Shown: positions 1 to 8,588 of the stretch, in pieces
How positions within the stretch are numbered: position 1 is the stretch's first letter
Layout of the letters: each line of letters begins with the position of its first letter
Program-made: the position numbers and the translations under genes
Notes under the pieces: model-generated
Databases searched by the model: none
What the model was told of the DNA's origin: nothing
What the model saw: the letters and a program-made list of their open reading frames with translations, nothing else
Source: Candidatus Rariloculaceae bacterium
GTDB taxonomy: Bacteria; Pseudomonadota; Gammaproteobacteria; Steroidobacterales; Rariloculaceae
DNA length: 64,000 bases
Direction: 5' to 3'
NCBI GenBank assembly: GCA_965262365.1
Contig: OZ253541.1
Location: forward strand, 1,092,614 to 1,156,613

Positions 1-2576
1 AAGTCGAGCCTTACTCCGATCTCCCGGGGGATCCGTGGATCGAAATCGAAGTTCCGATTATTGCGGTGGGTAATACTTCGGTCGTTTCGCAGGCCCCTGA
101 CTCGCCTCGGTTGATCCTCGTTGGTCAGGTTGTTGCCGAACAGCACGATCCGCCAGTTGTCATTGGAGAGGCTCAAGGTGCCGTTCATCGTCGTGACCGC
201 CGGCAACTCCATCAGGTTGAGCATTTCCATGAACTCCGAGCCCTGATAGCGAAGCCCGAGGCGCCCCAGCCACTGCCAGCCGGTACCGCCCAGCGGTGCC
301 CGATAGCTCGCCGACAGGGCGGCCTGTTCCTCGACTGCCGCCTCGATCCGGTTCCCGGAAACGTCGTAACAGTCGAACAGGACGCCGTCGTCCTCAATGG
401 TCAGCGTGGGTGTGTAGCGGAAGTCGTCGATGGGCTCCTGGTCACAGTTCTCGGCGTAGGTGTTGTCCATCAGCGACAGCATGCCCCTGAAACTCAAGTT
501 GTCGCCGGCATGCCACGTGGCCTCGACCTCGATGCCGCTCAAATCTCCGTCACCCCGGTTCAGGGCGACCATCCCGCTTCTTACGTCGTTGTCGTCATAG
601 ATCACGCCGTTGGGGTCGAAGGAGCCGTCATTCCAGCAATCGGATATTCGCATACCACCCGGGTCGAAACAGGTCCCCGTGACGGGGTCGGGATCCGATC
701 CCAGCCAATCGAATTCTCCGCCGAGAATCATTTGCTCCCAGTCCATGGTGTAGACGGCGGCTGCGAGTTGCAATCGGCCATCGAACGCTGAGCCCTTGAT
801 CCCGAACTCGAGGTTCGTGAGTATTTCTTCCTCGGAATCACGAAACGTGGTTTCGTCATAGGTGATGAGACCCCCCGCCCGCGCCGCTGCAAGCGACGCG
901 ATGATGACCGGATCCGCAAATGCCGGCGTACTGCGGGCGGGGTTCGACCCCTGGGAAAGCTGGCCATAAACCGACCACTCGTCGTTGACCGCGTGATTGA
1001 TTGCAAGGCGCGGTTGAAACGACTCCGTCACCAGCCGGACCGTATTGCCCGAGCTTTCCTCGATGGTAAGGACATCGTCCTCCTGCAAACGTCCCTCGAA
1101 CGAGACCGTCGTTCGGTCCGAGAGATCGTAGGTCAGGTTGCCATAGATGCCGGCAGCCGTAGTGTCCTGGAACTGCCGTCGGTTGGGTCTGAACGGCGCG
1201 CCCCCATTGATTGAATCCGCAAGACCCAATTCGGGATACAGGATGGCCGTCATCTGCCGCCAGCTACGGTTCTTGCGAAAAAAGTCGAATACGGAGGCGC
1301 CCACCAGCCAGCGTAGCGGCTGGTCTCACGGCGAGATCCAGCGAACGTCGACATAGGTCTCTTCCTGGATTCGGTCAGAGCCGCCGCTCTGGGTATTCAT
1401 GCCGATCGTGTTGTTCCTGGTATTGACGGTGATCGGCGTCGCGTCGGTCCCATCCGAATCGCCCCAGCGCGTTCCCTCCTCTTCGTTATAGGAGGTAATC
1501 ACCTGAAGCAGGCTCCCGTCCTCCATCGGGAAGTTGAACTCCGCCTGAAGCCGTGTCCGCTCGAACTCGCTCCTCGGGTCCAGCACGCTGTTCGCCAGGG
1601 CGATATCGTATTCCAGCGTCCCCGGAGCGAACCCGCCCAACAGCGCGAGATTGCCGTTGCGGCGAGCGGGTCCTGTCGGCAGCTCGCAATTGAACACACC
1701 CGTGATGTAGGGGCGGCCATTGGCAAGCGTGGTATTCGCGCAGGCATCCCGTGACGCCTCGCTCAAGTATTCCTCCCTGTCGGGTCCGTCGTCCGAGTCC
1801 AGGAACGAGGCCCTGACTTCCATGTCGAACCGGTCGCTGGGCGTCCACTTCAGCTTGCCGGAGTAGTAACCGGTCGCCGTGGTGCCCACTCGGGTCCCGT
1901 CGGTGGCAATCCACTCGTCCGGACCCAGGAACTCGTCCTGGTAGAGGTCGAGCGTATATCCCAGCGTATCGGTGAGCGGGCCGTCCAGGGAAATGCCGAG
2001 CATGTTGCGGCTCAGATCCGAAGTCGCGGCCTTGATCGTGCTCGTTTGCTCGTCGCCCGGGTCCCGGGTGATGTATTGGAATGCGCCGGCGAAGTTCGCT
2101 CGGCCGAAGGCAGCGCTCTGCGGTCCGCGCAACACCTCGATGCGCTCCAGGTTGGTAAACTGCAGCGAACCCGAGTTGCCCAACAGCGGCGCACCGTCGA
2201 TGAAGGTGCCGATTTTCGTCACCAGGATGTTCTGCTGTGTCGTCGACACTCCGCGAATGGCGGGGCGGCTGCCCAGACGGTCACCCGACTGTTTGTATTC
2301 GACGCCGGGCGTCTCCGCGTACAGGTCGAAATGATCCAGGACATTCTGCTCGATGAGAAAGTTCTCATTCAGCACGCTGATAGCCACGGGAACGTCCTGC
2401 AGGCTTTCCTCGCGCCGGCGGGCGGTGACGAGGATTTCCTCCAGTACGTCGTCTGCACCCGCCTGGGCCTGCGCCGGCGGGCTGGGAGCCGCGACAAGCG
2501 CCAGCGCCGCAGCAGAGGCAAATGTGGTCCGATGGAAGAAAGCTCTGAATAGGGAGCAGCGAACTAGAGTAGACAT
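1..2576 (-). pseudogene. TonB-dependent receptor paralog 1; 3' end runs off the window; single in-frame TGA at 1326..1328
   Basis: ORF 1326..2576 encodes a signal peptide plus plug start LEEILVTARRREESLQDVPVAISV. I checked every codon of the same frame from 1325 down to 1. There is no further stop, and it keeps aligning to the two paralogs (DQPLRWLVGASVFDF, QPRLAINHAVNDEWSVYGQ, GVRLD at the window edge). Confidence 0.8.
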
Positions 2577-2894
2577 ATTGGAATCCCCCGAATTTGTTTG
2601 TTATCTGCGAAACGACGTCCGTGGCAAACTCCGCAGTAAAAAAACAACAGTTATGCAATGCCTCCCAGCAGATCTAGCATAGCCAATTCGCGGGGTGTTA
2701 CGCAAAATGCCATGCGCAACGAGTTGGTTGTCATAGATACTGGTTATGCCTTGTCGCGCGTAGGTGCGTTTCGCCGATAAACGAAGCCAGGTCGTGTTGG
2801 AATCGCAGTCCCAGGGCACCAGGGCAGCATTCCGTAGCCCGGGTTGACCATCGGTGATACCTTTGGAGCAGGGAATGGAATCGGAGATAGCACC

Positions 2895-4559
2895 ATGAGA
2901 TTTTGGGCCGGTCCGACCGTATTGGGCCTGTTCGCCGGGCTGCAGGCGTGTTCGCCGGAAGTTCCGGTCGCAACGGATGGAACATCGAACGGCGCGGGTG
3001 TTCTCGCGGGGAGTACGCAGTCAGAGCAGATCGGAACTACGCCCAACATTCTGTACATCGTCGCAGACGATCTCGGTTACACCGATATCGGTCCCTTCGG
3101 CAGCGAGATCCCGACCCCCAATCTCGATGAACTCGCGTTCGCGGGCGTGCGGCTGACCAACTTTCATACCGACAGTGGATGTCAGCAGACTCGAGTCATG
3201 CTCATGGCCAGCCAGGGTTCGGCGGCAGCGCTCGAATTGATCGGCAATCCCATGTCCGGTCGGCGGGGCAACCTGTTGCGCCGCGACTGGGCGGTCCTGC
3301 CGGAGCTGTTGCAGGACGCGGGTTACACGACTTTCATGACGGGCAAGTGGGATATTGGAGCGGGCGAGGGCTACACGCCGGCAACCCGGGGATTCGACCG
3401 CTCCTTTGTTCTGGTGGATGCGTCTGCAAGCCACTTTGCGGAGCTGTTTTGGGAGGACCCGATGCCGTACGAGGACGATGGTGTCCCGCTGCGCATCGAT
3501 CAACTGTCCGAGGATTTCTATGCCACCGAGTATTACACCGACAAGATGCTCGAGTTCCTGAAGTCCCATGACGGCGAGACGCCCTGGTTTGCCTATGTGC
3601 CCTATACGACGCCCCACTGGCCGTTGCAGTTGCCGGATGACTGGCTGGACCGCCACGCGGGACGCTACGACGAGGGCTACGAGGTGCTGCGCGCGGAGCG
3701 CTACGCCCGAGCCCGGGAGCTTGGTGTCATACCGGAAGGCGGCAACCTCGATGCTTTCGCGCCGACAGCGCCGCCTTGGTCCGATCTTGACCCGGAAATG
3801 CAGCGCCGCCAGGCGCGTGCCTACGAGATATATGCGGGCATGGTGGAGTACCTCGACATGAGCGTGGGCAGGCTCATCAACTACCTTCGCGAGAGCGGCC
3901 AACTGGAGAATACGGTCGTCATGTTTTCCTCGGATCACGGCGCCTCATCCGGAGATGCCGGTCTGATCGAAAGCGTGGCTCCGAGGGGAGTTCCCAACCG
4001 GGATAACAGCCTTGAGAACTTCGGGCGTCCCGGCTCCTTTATTGGTGCCGGGCCGGGCTTTGCTGAAGCGGGTTCGGCGCCGTTCCGGGGCCACAAGGGA
4101 ACGCGCCGAGAGGGCGGGTTGCGGGCAGCTGCCTTCATCCATTACCCGGCGGCCATTCCGGCGGGTGGGGTCAACGGAGCCTTCATGACCATCATGGACG
4201 TGCTGCCGACGTTTCTCGATATTGCCGGTACCGAGCACCCGGGCGCGTCGATATACAAGGAGCGTGAAATCAAGGGGATCGTAGGACGGTCGTTCTGGCC
4301 CCACTTGACGGGGCAGTCCGCGACGGTTCATTTGCCGGGCGACACGGCGGGATGGGAAGCGGACGGTTCCGGTGCACTGATTCGAGGCGACTACAAGCTC
4401 TTCAGCGATGTCGACGGAAATGGCGTGGTTACGCCATGGGAGCTGTATAAAATCGCCGAAGATCCCGGCGAAAGCCGCGATCTGGCCGCCGATCATCCGG
4501 AATTGGTGGCCGAGCTTGCGGCGGAATGGGAGACGAACTGGAATCGGCCTCCTGAGTAG
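2895..4559 (+). CDS. sulfatase-family (alkaline-phosphatase superfamily) lipoprotein with atypical active-site motifs
   Basis: ORF 2844..4559. I prefer ATG 2895 (GGAG 7 nt upstream), which gives MRFWAGPTVLGLFAGLQAC (lipobox-like). Sulfatase blocks ILYIVADDLGYTDIGPFGSEIPTPNLD and FSSDHGAS are present. The FGly motif position reads C-Q-Q-T-R and the GKWHLG position reads GKWDIG. Confidence 0.85.
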   Translation: MRFWAGPTVLGLFAGLQACSPEVPVATDGTSNGAGVLAGSTQSEQIGTTPNILYIVADDLGYTDIGPFGSEIPTPNLDELAFAGVRLTNFHTDSGCQQTRVMLMASQGSAAALELIGNPMSGRRGNLLRRDWAVLPELLQDAGYTTFMTGKWDIGAGEGYTPATRGFDRSFVLVDASASHFAELFWEDPMPYEDDGVPLRIDQLSEDFYATEYYTDKMLEFLKSHDGETPWFAYVPYTTPHWPLQLPDDWLDRHAGRYDEGYEVLRAERYARARELGVIPEGGNLDAFAPTAPPWSDLDPEMQRRQARAYEIYAGMVEYLDMSVGRLINYLRESGQLENTVVMFSSDHGASSGDAGLIESVAPRGVPNRDNSLENFGRPGSFIGAGPGFAEAGSAPFRGHKGTRREGGLRAAAFIHYPAAIPAGGVNGAFMTIMDVLPTFLDIAGTEHPGASIYKEREIKGIVGRSFWPHLTGQSATVHLPGDTAGWEADGSGALIRGDYKLFSDVDGNGVVTPWELYKIAEDPGESRDLAADHPELVAELAAEWETNWNRPPE

Positions 4560-4568
4560 GGGAGACCC

Positions 4569-5615
4569 TTGAGAACCTTCACTTCCGCCCTCGCAGCGCT
4601 GGCCGTGCAGGCCATGTTGCCCGTGAGCGCCCATCATGGGCCGCCGAGCAACGAAGCGCTGTATTTCGCGGACGAATTGATCGAGATCGAGGGGCAGTTG
4701 ACCGAGGTTCTGTGGCGTAACCCTCACGTTCGCGCGCGTGTTGCAGTAACCGATGAGAATGGCAGCCAGGTCACCTGGGACCTGCATCTGGGTCCGAGCC
4801 CCGGGGCGTTGGAGAGCAGGGGATACTCGGCCGAGGATTTTTTGGGGGAGATAAGAGCGGCGGGATACGTATCCAGGCGCAGCCCCGATTCACTCGGGGT
4901 GGTCAACTTGTTGCTGCCCAACGGCCAGGAATGGGCATTGGGTAACCAGGCCATGCGTTGGTCCGGCACCGGATTGGCCGAGCCGGCACCGATAGACGAA
5001 ACCAGGGTCACGCGGGCGGAGCAGGCTGTCCAGGGCATCTTCCGCGTGTGGGGCCGGCGCTCGGGATTGGGCGCACACTACCGAGCCTCCGTGGAATCGC
5101 AAGCATTGACCGACGCCGGCCGCGCGTTGGCGGAAGCCTACGATCCTCTCGTCCACAATCTCCAACTCGACTGCCTACAGGGCATGCCGGACGCCATGTT
5201 CGATCCGGTACCGTTGGAAATCATCGATCGGGGGGCGTACATCGTCATCCACGTCCAGCAGATGGACGCCGAACGGGTCGTGCACATGGGCATGGAAGAG
5301 CCGCCGGCCGAGCCGCCATTCTCGTCCCTTGGATATTCCACGGGACATTGGGACGGGGAAGAACTCGTGGTGACCACTTCACATATTGATTGGCCCTACT
5401 ATGCAGAGATAGGCACGCCTCAGTCGACGCGGGCGCGCTATGTTGAGCGATTTTCGATTGCGGATGGTGGAGAAACGCTGAACTATTCGATCACGATCAC
5501 CGATCCTGCCGTATTTGCGGAGTCGTTCACCATCAATGCGACCCGGGACTGGGCGCCCGGTTTGGAAATTGAGCCCTACAACTGCGCTTACGAGTGGGAA
5601 GAGCCCGCAGACTGA
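4569..5615 (+). CDS. exported two-module protein (HH/WxNPH N-module fused to WxGxxLVVxT C-module)
   Basis: TTG start just after GGGGAGA. Signal peptide ends ...MLPVSA then HHGPP. Motifs: IEIEGQLTEVLWRNPH; C-half LDCLQGMP ... GYSTGHWDGEELVVTT ... ITDPAVF ... PYNC. Confidence 0.8.
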   Translation: MRTFTSALAALAVQAMLPVSAHHGPPSNEALYFADELIEIEGQLTEVLWRNPHVRARVAVTDENGSQVTWDLHLGPSPGALESRGYSAEDFLGEIRAAGYVSRRSPDSLGVVNLLLPNGQEWALGNQAMRWSGTGLAEPAPIDETRVTRAEQAVQGIFRVWGRRSGLGAHYRASVESQALTDAGRALAEAYDPLVHNLQLDCLQGMPDAMFDPVPLEIIDRGAYIVIHVQQMDAERVVHMGMEEPPAEPPFSSLGYSTGHWDGEELVVTTSHIDWPYYAEIGTPQSTRARYVERFSIADGGETLNYSITITDPAVFAESFTINATRDWAPGLEIEPYNCAYEWEEPAD

Positions 5616-5661
5616 ATCGTGCCGCAATCAACTCGTGGTTGGAAGACTGAGTAAATCAACC

Positions 5662-5692
5662 CCCCGGCCGGCACGCTGTGCACCGGCCGGGG
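5662..5692. terminator. GC-rich hairpin between convergent genes (possible bidirectional terminator)
   Basis: CCCCGGCCGG-11 nt-CCGGCCGGGG is a perfect 10-bp stem between the stop at 5615 (+) and the stop at 5722 (-). Flanking T-runs are weak. Confidence 0.45.
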
Positions 5693-5721
5693 TTGTTAGC
5701 GCGAGCGCCCGAGGTCCCGCC

Positions 5722-8265
5722 TCAGAACGAATAGTTGAGTCGCAGTCCGAGTTCCCGGGGCAGTCGCGGCCTGTAGCGGCAGTTGGCTTGCGACGCACCG
5801 CGGCCCGGAAGGCTGCGGTCTCTCCAGCCGCACTGCACGTCCAGGACCGAATCGTCGTCGGTCAGGTTGGCGCCGTACAAAATGACGTCCCAGTTGTCGT
5901 TTGCGAAGGACAACTGGCCGTTGACCAGCGTTTGAGGCGCCAGCTCCATGAGGTTGATGATGTCGCGGTATTGCGGCCCCTGATAGCGCAGGCCCAGGCG
6001 TCCCGTCCACTCCCAGCCGCTGCCGATCATGCCGGTATAGGATCCGGACAGCGTACCGGAAACCTCGGATACCTCCTCGATATGCTTTCCGGAGACATCG
6101 ACACAGTCGGCGATGACGCCGTGCTCCTCCACCGTGTAGTCCGGCTCAAGACCAAAATCGCCGACCGACTCCGGATCGCAGTTTTCCGCGAATACGTTGT
6201 TCTGCAATGCCAGGCTGCTGCGGAAGGACCAGTTGTCGGTAGCCCGCCACGTCGCCTCGAACTCCAGGCCCTTGAGGTCGCCGTCGCCGCGGTTGGTCTG
6301 GGTGCCCGGGTCGAAGTCGTCATCCTCGCCGAAGCTCACGCCGTTGTACGAGAAACCGTCGGGCGCGTTGGGGTCGAGATAGGCGTCGAGCCAGCCGGGA
6401 TCATAGAGGTTCAGATCGAGCCCGAGACCCAGGATCATGTCCTGCCAGTCCATGGCGTAGGCGGTCGCGGCAAGTTGCAGCCGCCCGTCGAGGGCGTTGC
6501 CCTTGATGCCGACTTCAAAGTTGGTCAGTTTCTCCTCGGTCGAGGAGACGAAATCGTCCGCGTTAAAGGAGATGATGCCCGCGGCCTGCGCCGCATAGAA
6601 GGCAGCCTTGACGCCGGGGTCCGCAAGTTCCGGGGTACTGGTGGCCGGGTTGGTTCCGCTTGAATACTGGGCATAGACCGACCATTCGTCGTTGAGCGCG
6701 TGATTGAGGGCAAGACGCGGCTGGAACGAATCCGTCACCTGCGCGATCACCGTGCCGCCCACCACCTCGATGGTGGTTCTGTCATCGCGTTGCATGCGTC
6801 CTTCGAAAGAGAGCGTCGTGGTATCCGAGAAGTCGTAGGTAATATTGCCGTAAGCGCCCGTGGCGGTGGTCTCGTTGAACTGGCGGCGGTCCGGTTCGAA
6901 CGGCTCGCAGTCGTTGATCTTGCATTCCAGGTCCAGTTCCGGATATTCGATGGCGGCAATTTGGAGGAAAGTGTCGTCCTTGTGGGTGAATTCGAAGACC
7001 GAGACGCCGGCCAGCCAGCGCAACGGCGCGTCGCCCGGCGAAACCCAGCGGATGTCGAAGTAAGTCTCGTCCCGATTCCTGGGGCTGCCCATATTATTGG
7101 AGGTCGCCCGGCTGACGGCGCCCCGCTGGATTCGCGGCGGTGTGTCGGTCATGTCGCCGTCGTGCCAGCGCAAGGCTTCTTCCTCGTGGTAGGAGGCGAT
7201 CAACTGAACAAAGCTGCCGTCGTCCATGGAAAAGTTGAATTCCCCTTGAATCCGCGAACGATCGGCTCGGACCGTGGGATCGATCACGCTGACCGACTGG
7301 GCGATGTAGAAGTCTTGCGTTCCCGGCTCGAAATAAGTCGTCAGGTCGTGGTTGCGGCGCGGCTGCAAACCGTCGATCTGGCAATTGAACTCGCCTGCGA
7401 CGTAGGGAACGCGATTGGCAAGGACGTGATTGAGGCAGGCCTCGCGAGCATCCGCCGGCAGGAGCAGTTCGTTGGACGGTCCATCGTTGTGCGACAACTG
7501 CGAAACGTTAATTTCCATGTCGAAGCGGTCGTTCGGGGTGTACTTGAGTTTCGCCGCGATGTAGTCCGTAGCCGTACTGCCCGTCTGTACGCCATCGTTT
7601 GCGATCCACTCCTCAGGACCATCGAATTCCTCCGAAACGACGTCGAGGGTATAGCCTAGCGTGTCCGAAATAGGGCCATCGAGGGCGAGACCCAGAATGG
7701 TGCGGTTCTGGTTCGAGAAGGTGGTCTTGATCGTTGAGTTCTGTTCCTCGCCGGGATCGCGGGTGACGAAGTTGATCGCCCCGGAGAACGTCGCGCGGCC
7801 GAAGGCCGAGCTTTGCGGACCGCGCAACACTTCGATTCGTTCGAGGTCGCCGAACCGATAGGGTGACGCGTTGCCGAGGATGGGTGCACCGTCGATGAAG
7901 ACGCTCATCTTCTGGTTGAGGGCATTCTGGGCCGTCTGCTGCACGCCGCGAATCGTTGGGCTGGTACCCAGCCGGTCCCGGCGTTCCTCATACTCGACGC
8001 CCGGCGTCTCCGCATAGAGATCGAAGTGATCCAGGACGGTTGCTCCCTGGATGAAATCGTCGGTCAGCACCGAAATAGCAACCGGGACGTCCTGGAGACT
8101 CTCTTCTCGTCGCCGGGCGGTGACCAGGACTTCTTCCAGCAAGGCGTCCGCGCCCGCTTCCTGCGCTTGCGTGGTCGGCACAGCAAGCAGTGCCAGGGTT
8201 GCAGCAGTTCCAAAGGCTGCCAACCCGATCGCTTCGATTCGCCGTAATTTTTCGTTTAAACGCAT
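5722..8265 (-). CDS. TonB-dependent receptor paralog 2
   Basis: ORF 5722..8283. ATG 8265 gives the signal peptide MRLNEKLRRIEAIGLAAFGTAATLALLAVPTTQAQ. Plug start LEEVLVTARRREESLQDVPVAISV; C-terminal LRLNYSF. Confidence 0.9.
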   Translation of the reverse strand: MRLNEKLRRIEAIGLAAFGTAATLALLAVPTTQAQEAGADALLEEVLVTARRREESLQDVPVAISVLTDDFIQGATVLDHFDLYAETPGVEYEERRDRLGTSPTIRGVQQTAQNALNQKMSVFIDGAPILGNASPYRFGDLERIEVLRGPQSSAFGRATFSGAINFVTRDPGEEQNSTIKTTFSNQNRTILGLALDGPISDTLGYTLDVVSEEFDGPEEWIANDGVQTGSTATDYIAAKLKYTPNDRFDMEINVSQLSHNDGPSNELLLPADAREACLNHVLANRVPYVAGEFNCQIDGLQPRRNHDLTTYFEPGTQDFYIAQSVSVIDPTVRADRSRIQGEFNFSMDDGSFVQLIASYHEEEALRWHDGDMTDTPPRIQRGAVSRATSNNMGSPRNRDETYFDIRWVSPGDAPLRWLAGVSVFEFTHKDDTFLQIAAIEYPELDLECKINDCEPFEPDRRQFNETTATGAYGNITYDFSDTTTLSFEGRMQRDDRTTIEVVGGTVIAQVTDSFQPRLALNHALNDEWSVYAQYSSGTNPATSTPELADPGVKAAFYAAQAAGIISFNADDFVSSTEEKLTNFEVGIKGNALDGRLQLAATAYAMDWQDMILGLGLDLNLYDPGWLDAYLDPNAPDGFSYNGVSFGEDDDFDPGTQTNRGDGDLKGLEFEATWRATDNWSFRSSLALQNNVFAENCDPESVGDFGLEPDYTVEEHGVIADCVDVSGKHIEEVSEVSGTLSGSYTGMIGSGWEWTGRLGLRYQGPQYRDIINLMELAPQTLVNGQLSFANDNWDVILYGANLTDDDSVLDVQCGWRDRSLPGRGASQANCRYRPRLPRELGLRLNYSF

Positions 8266-8520
8266 GACTTCACCCTCGTCCATCTCGCAAATGTCTGACG
8301 CTCAATGTCTAATTCTGCCTGTATCGAAGAAAACACAATCAACCGAAGAGCATAGCTTGAACGTGTAGTGAGGAAAACAAGAATGCATGTCCAGAAATGT
8401 CGGTCGTAATGCATTTTGGTTATGACGCCGGTCTTTTTGTCGTCATGGCGCACCTGGGGGGGGTAGAACGCCTCATTTGTAGCTACGGTACAACGCACAT
8501 TTCGCGTCATGGCAAACCCG

Positions 8521-8561
8521 AACAAAGAAAAACCCCGCCCGGCACGATGCGCCGGACGGGG
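8521..8561 (-). terminator. rho-independent terminator after TonB-dependent receptor 3
   Basis: On the minus strand CCCCGTCCGGC-GCATCGT-GCCGGGCGGGG forms an 11-bp stem with one G-U pair. It is followed by TTTTTCTTTGTT and lies about 30 nt after the stop at 8589. Confidence 0.65.
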
Positions 8562-8588
8562 TCGTTTCGTAGAGGACCGGGGCCTGGC

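Noticed and set aside
1326-1328. UGA read as glycine (genetic code 25) or selenocysteine at the two in-frame TGA codons (1326 and 56452)
   Set aside because: TGA clearly terminates many well-defined genes here, for example 11444..12340, 13361..13762 and the transposase. Code 25 is known from low-GC candidate phyla, not from genomes like this. Neither protein family is a known selenoprotein, and I saw no obvious stem-loop right after either codon. Nonsense mutation or base-call error is more likely.
2577-2894. Cobalamin or other riboswitch in the divergent region between TonB receptor 1 and the sulfatase gene
   Set aside because: No B12-box-like core or other conserved riboswitch element could be recognised by eye. 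A covariance-model scan would be needed.
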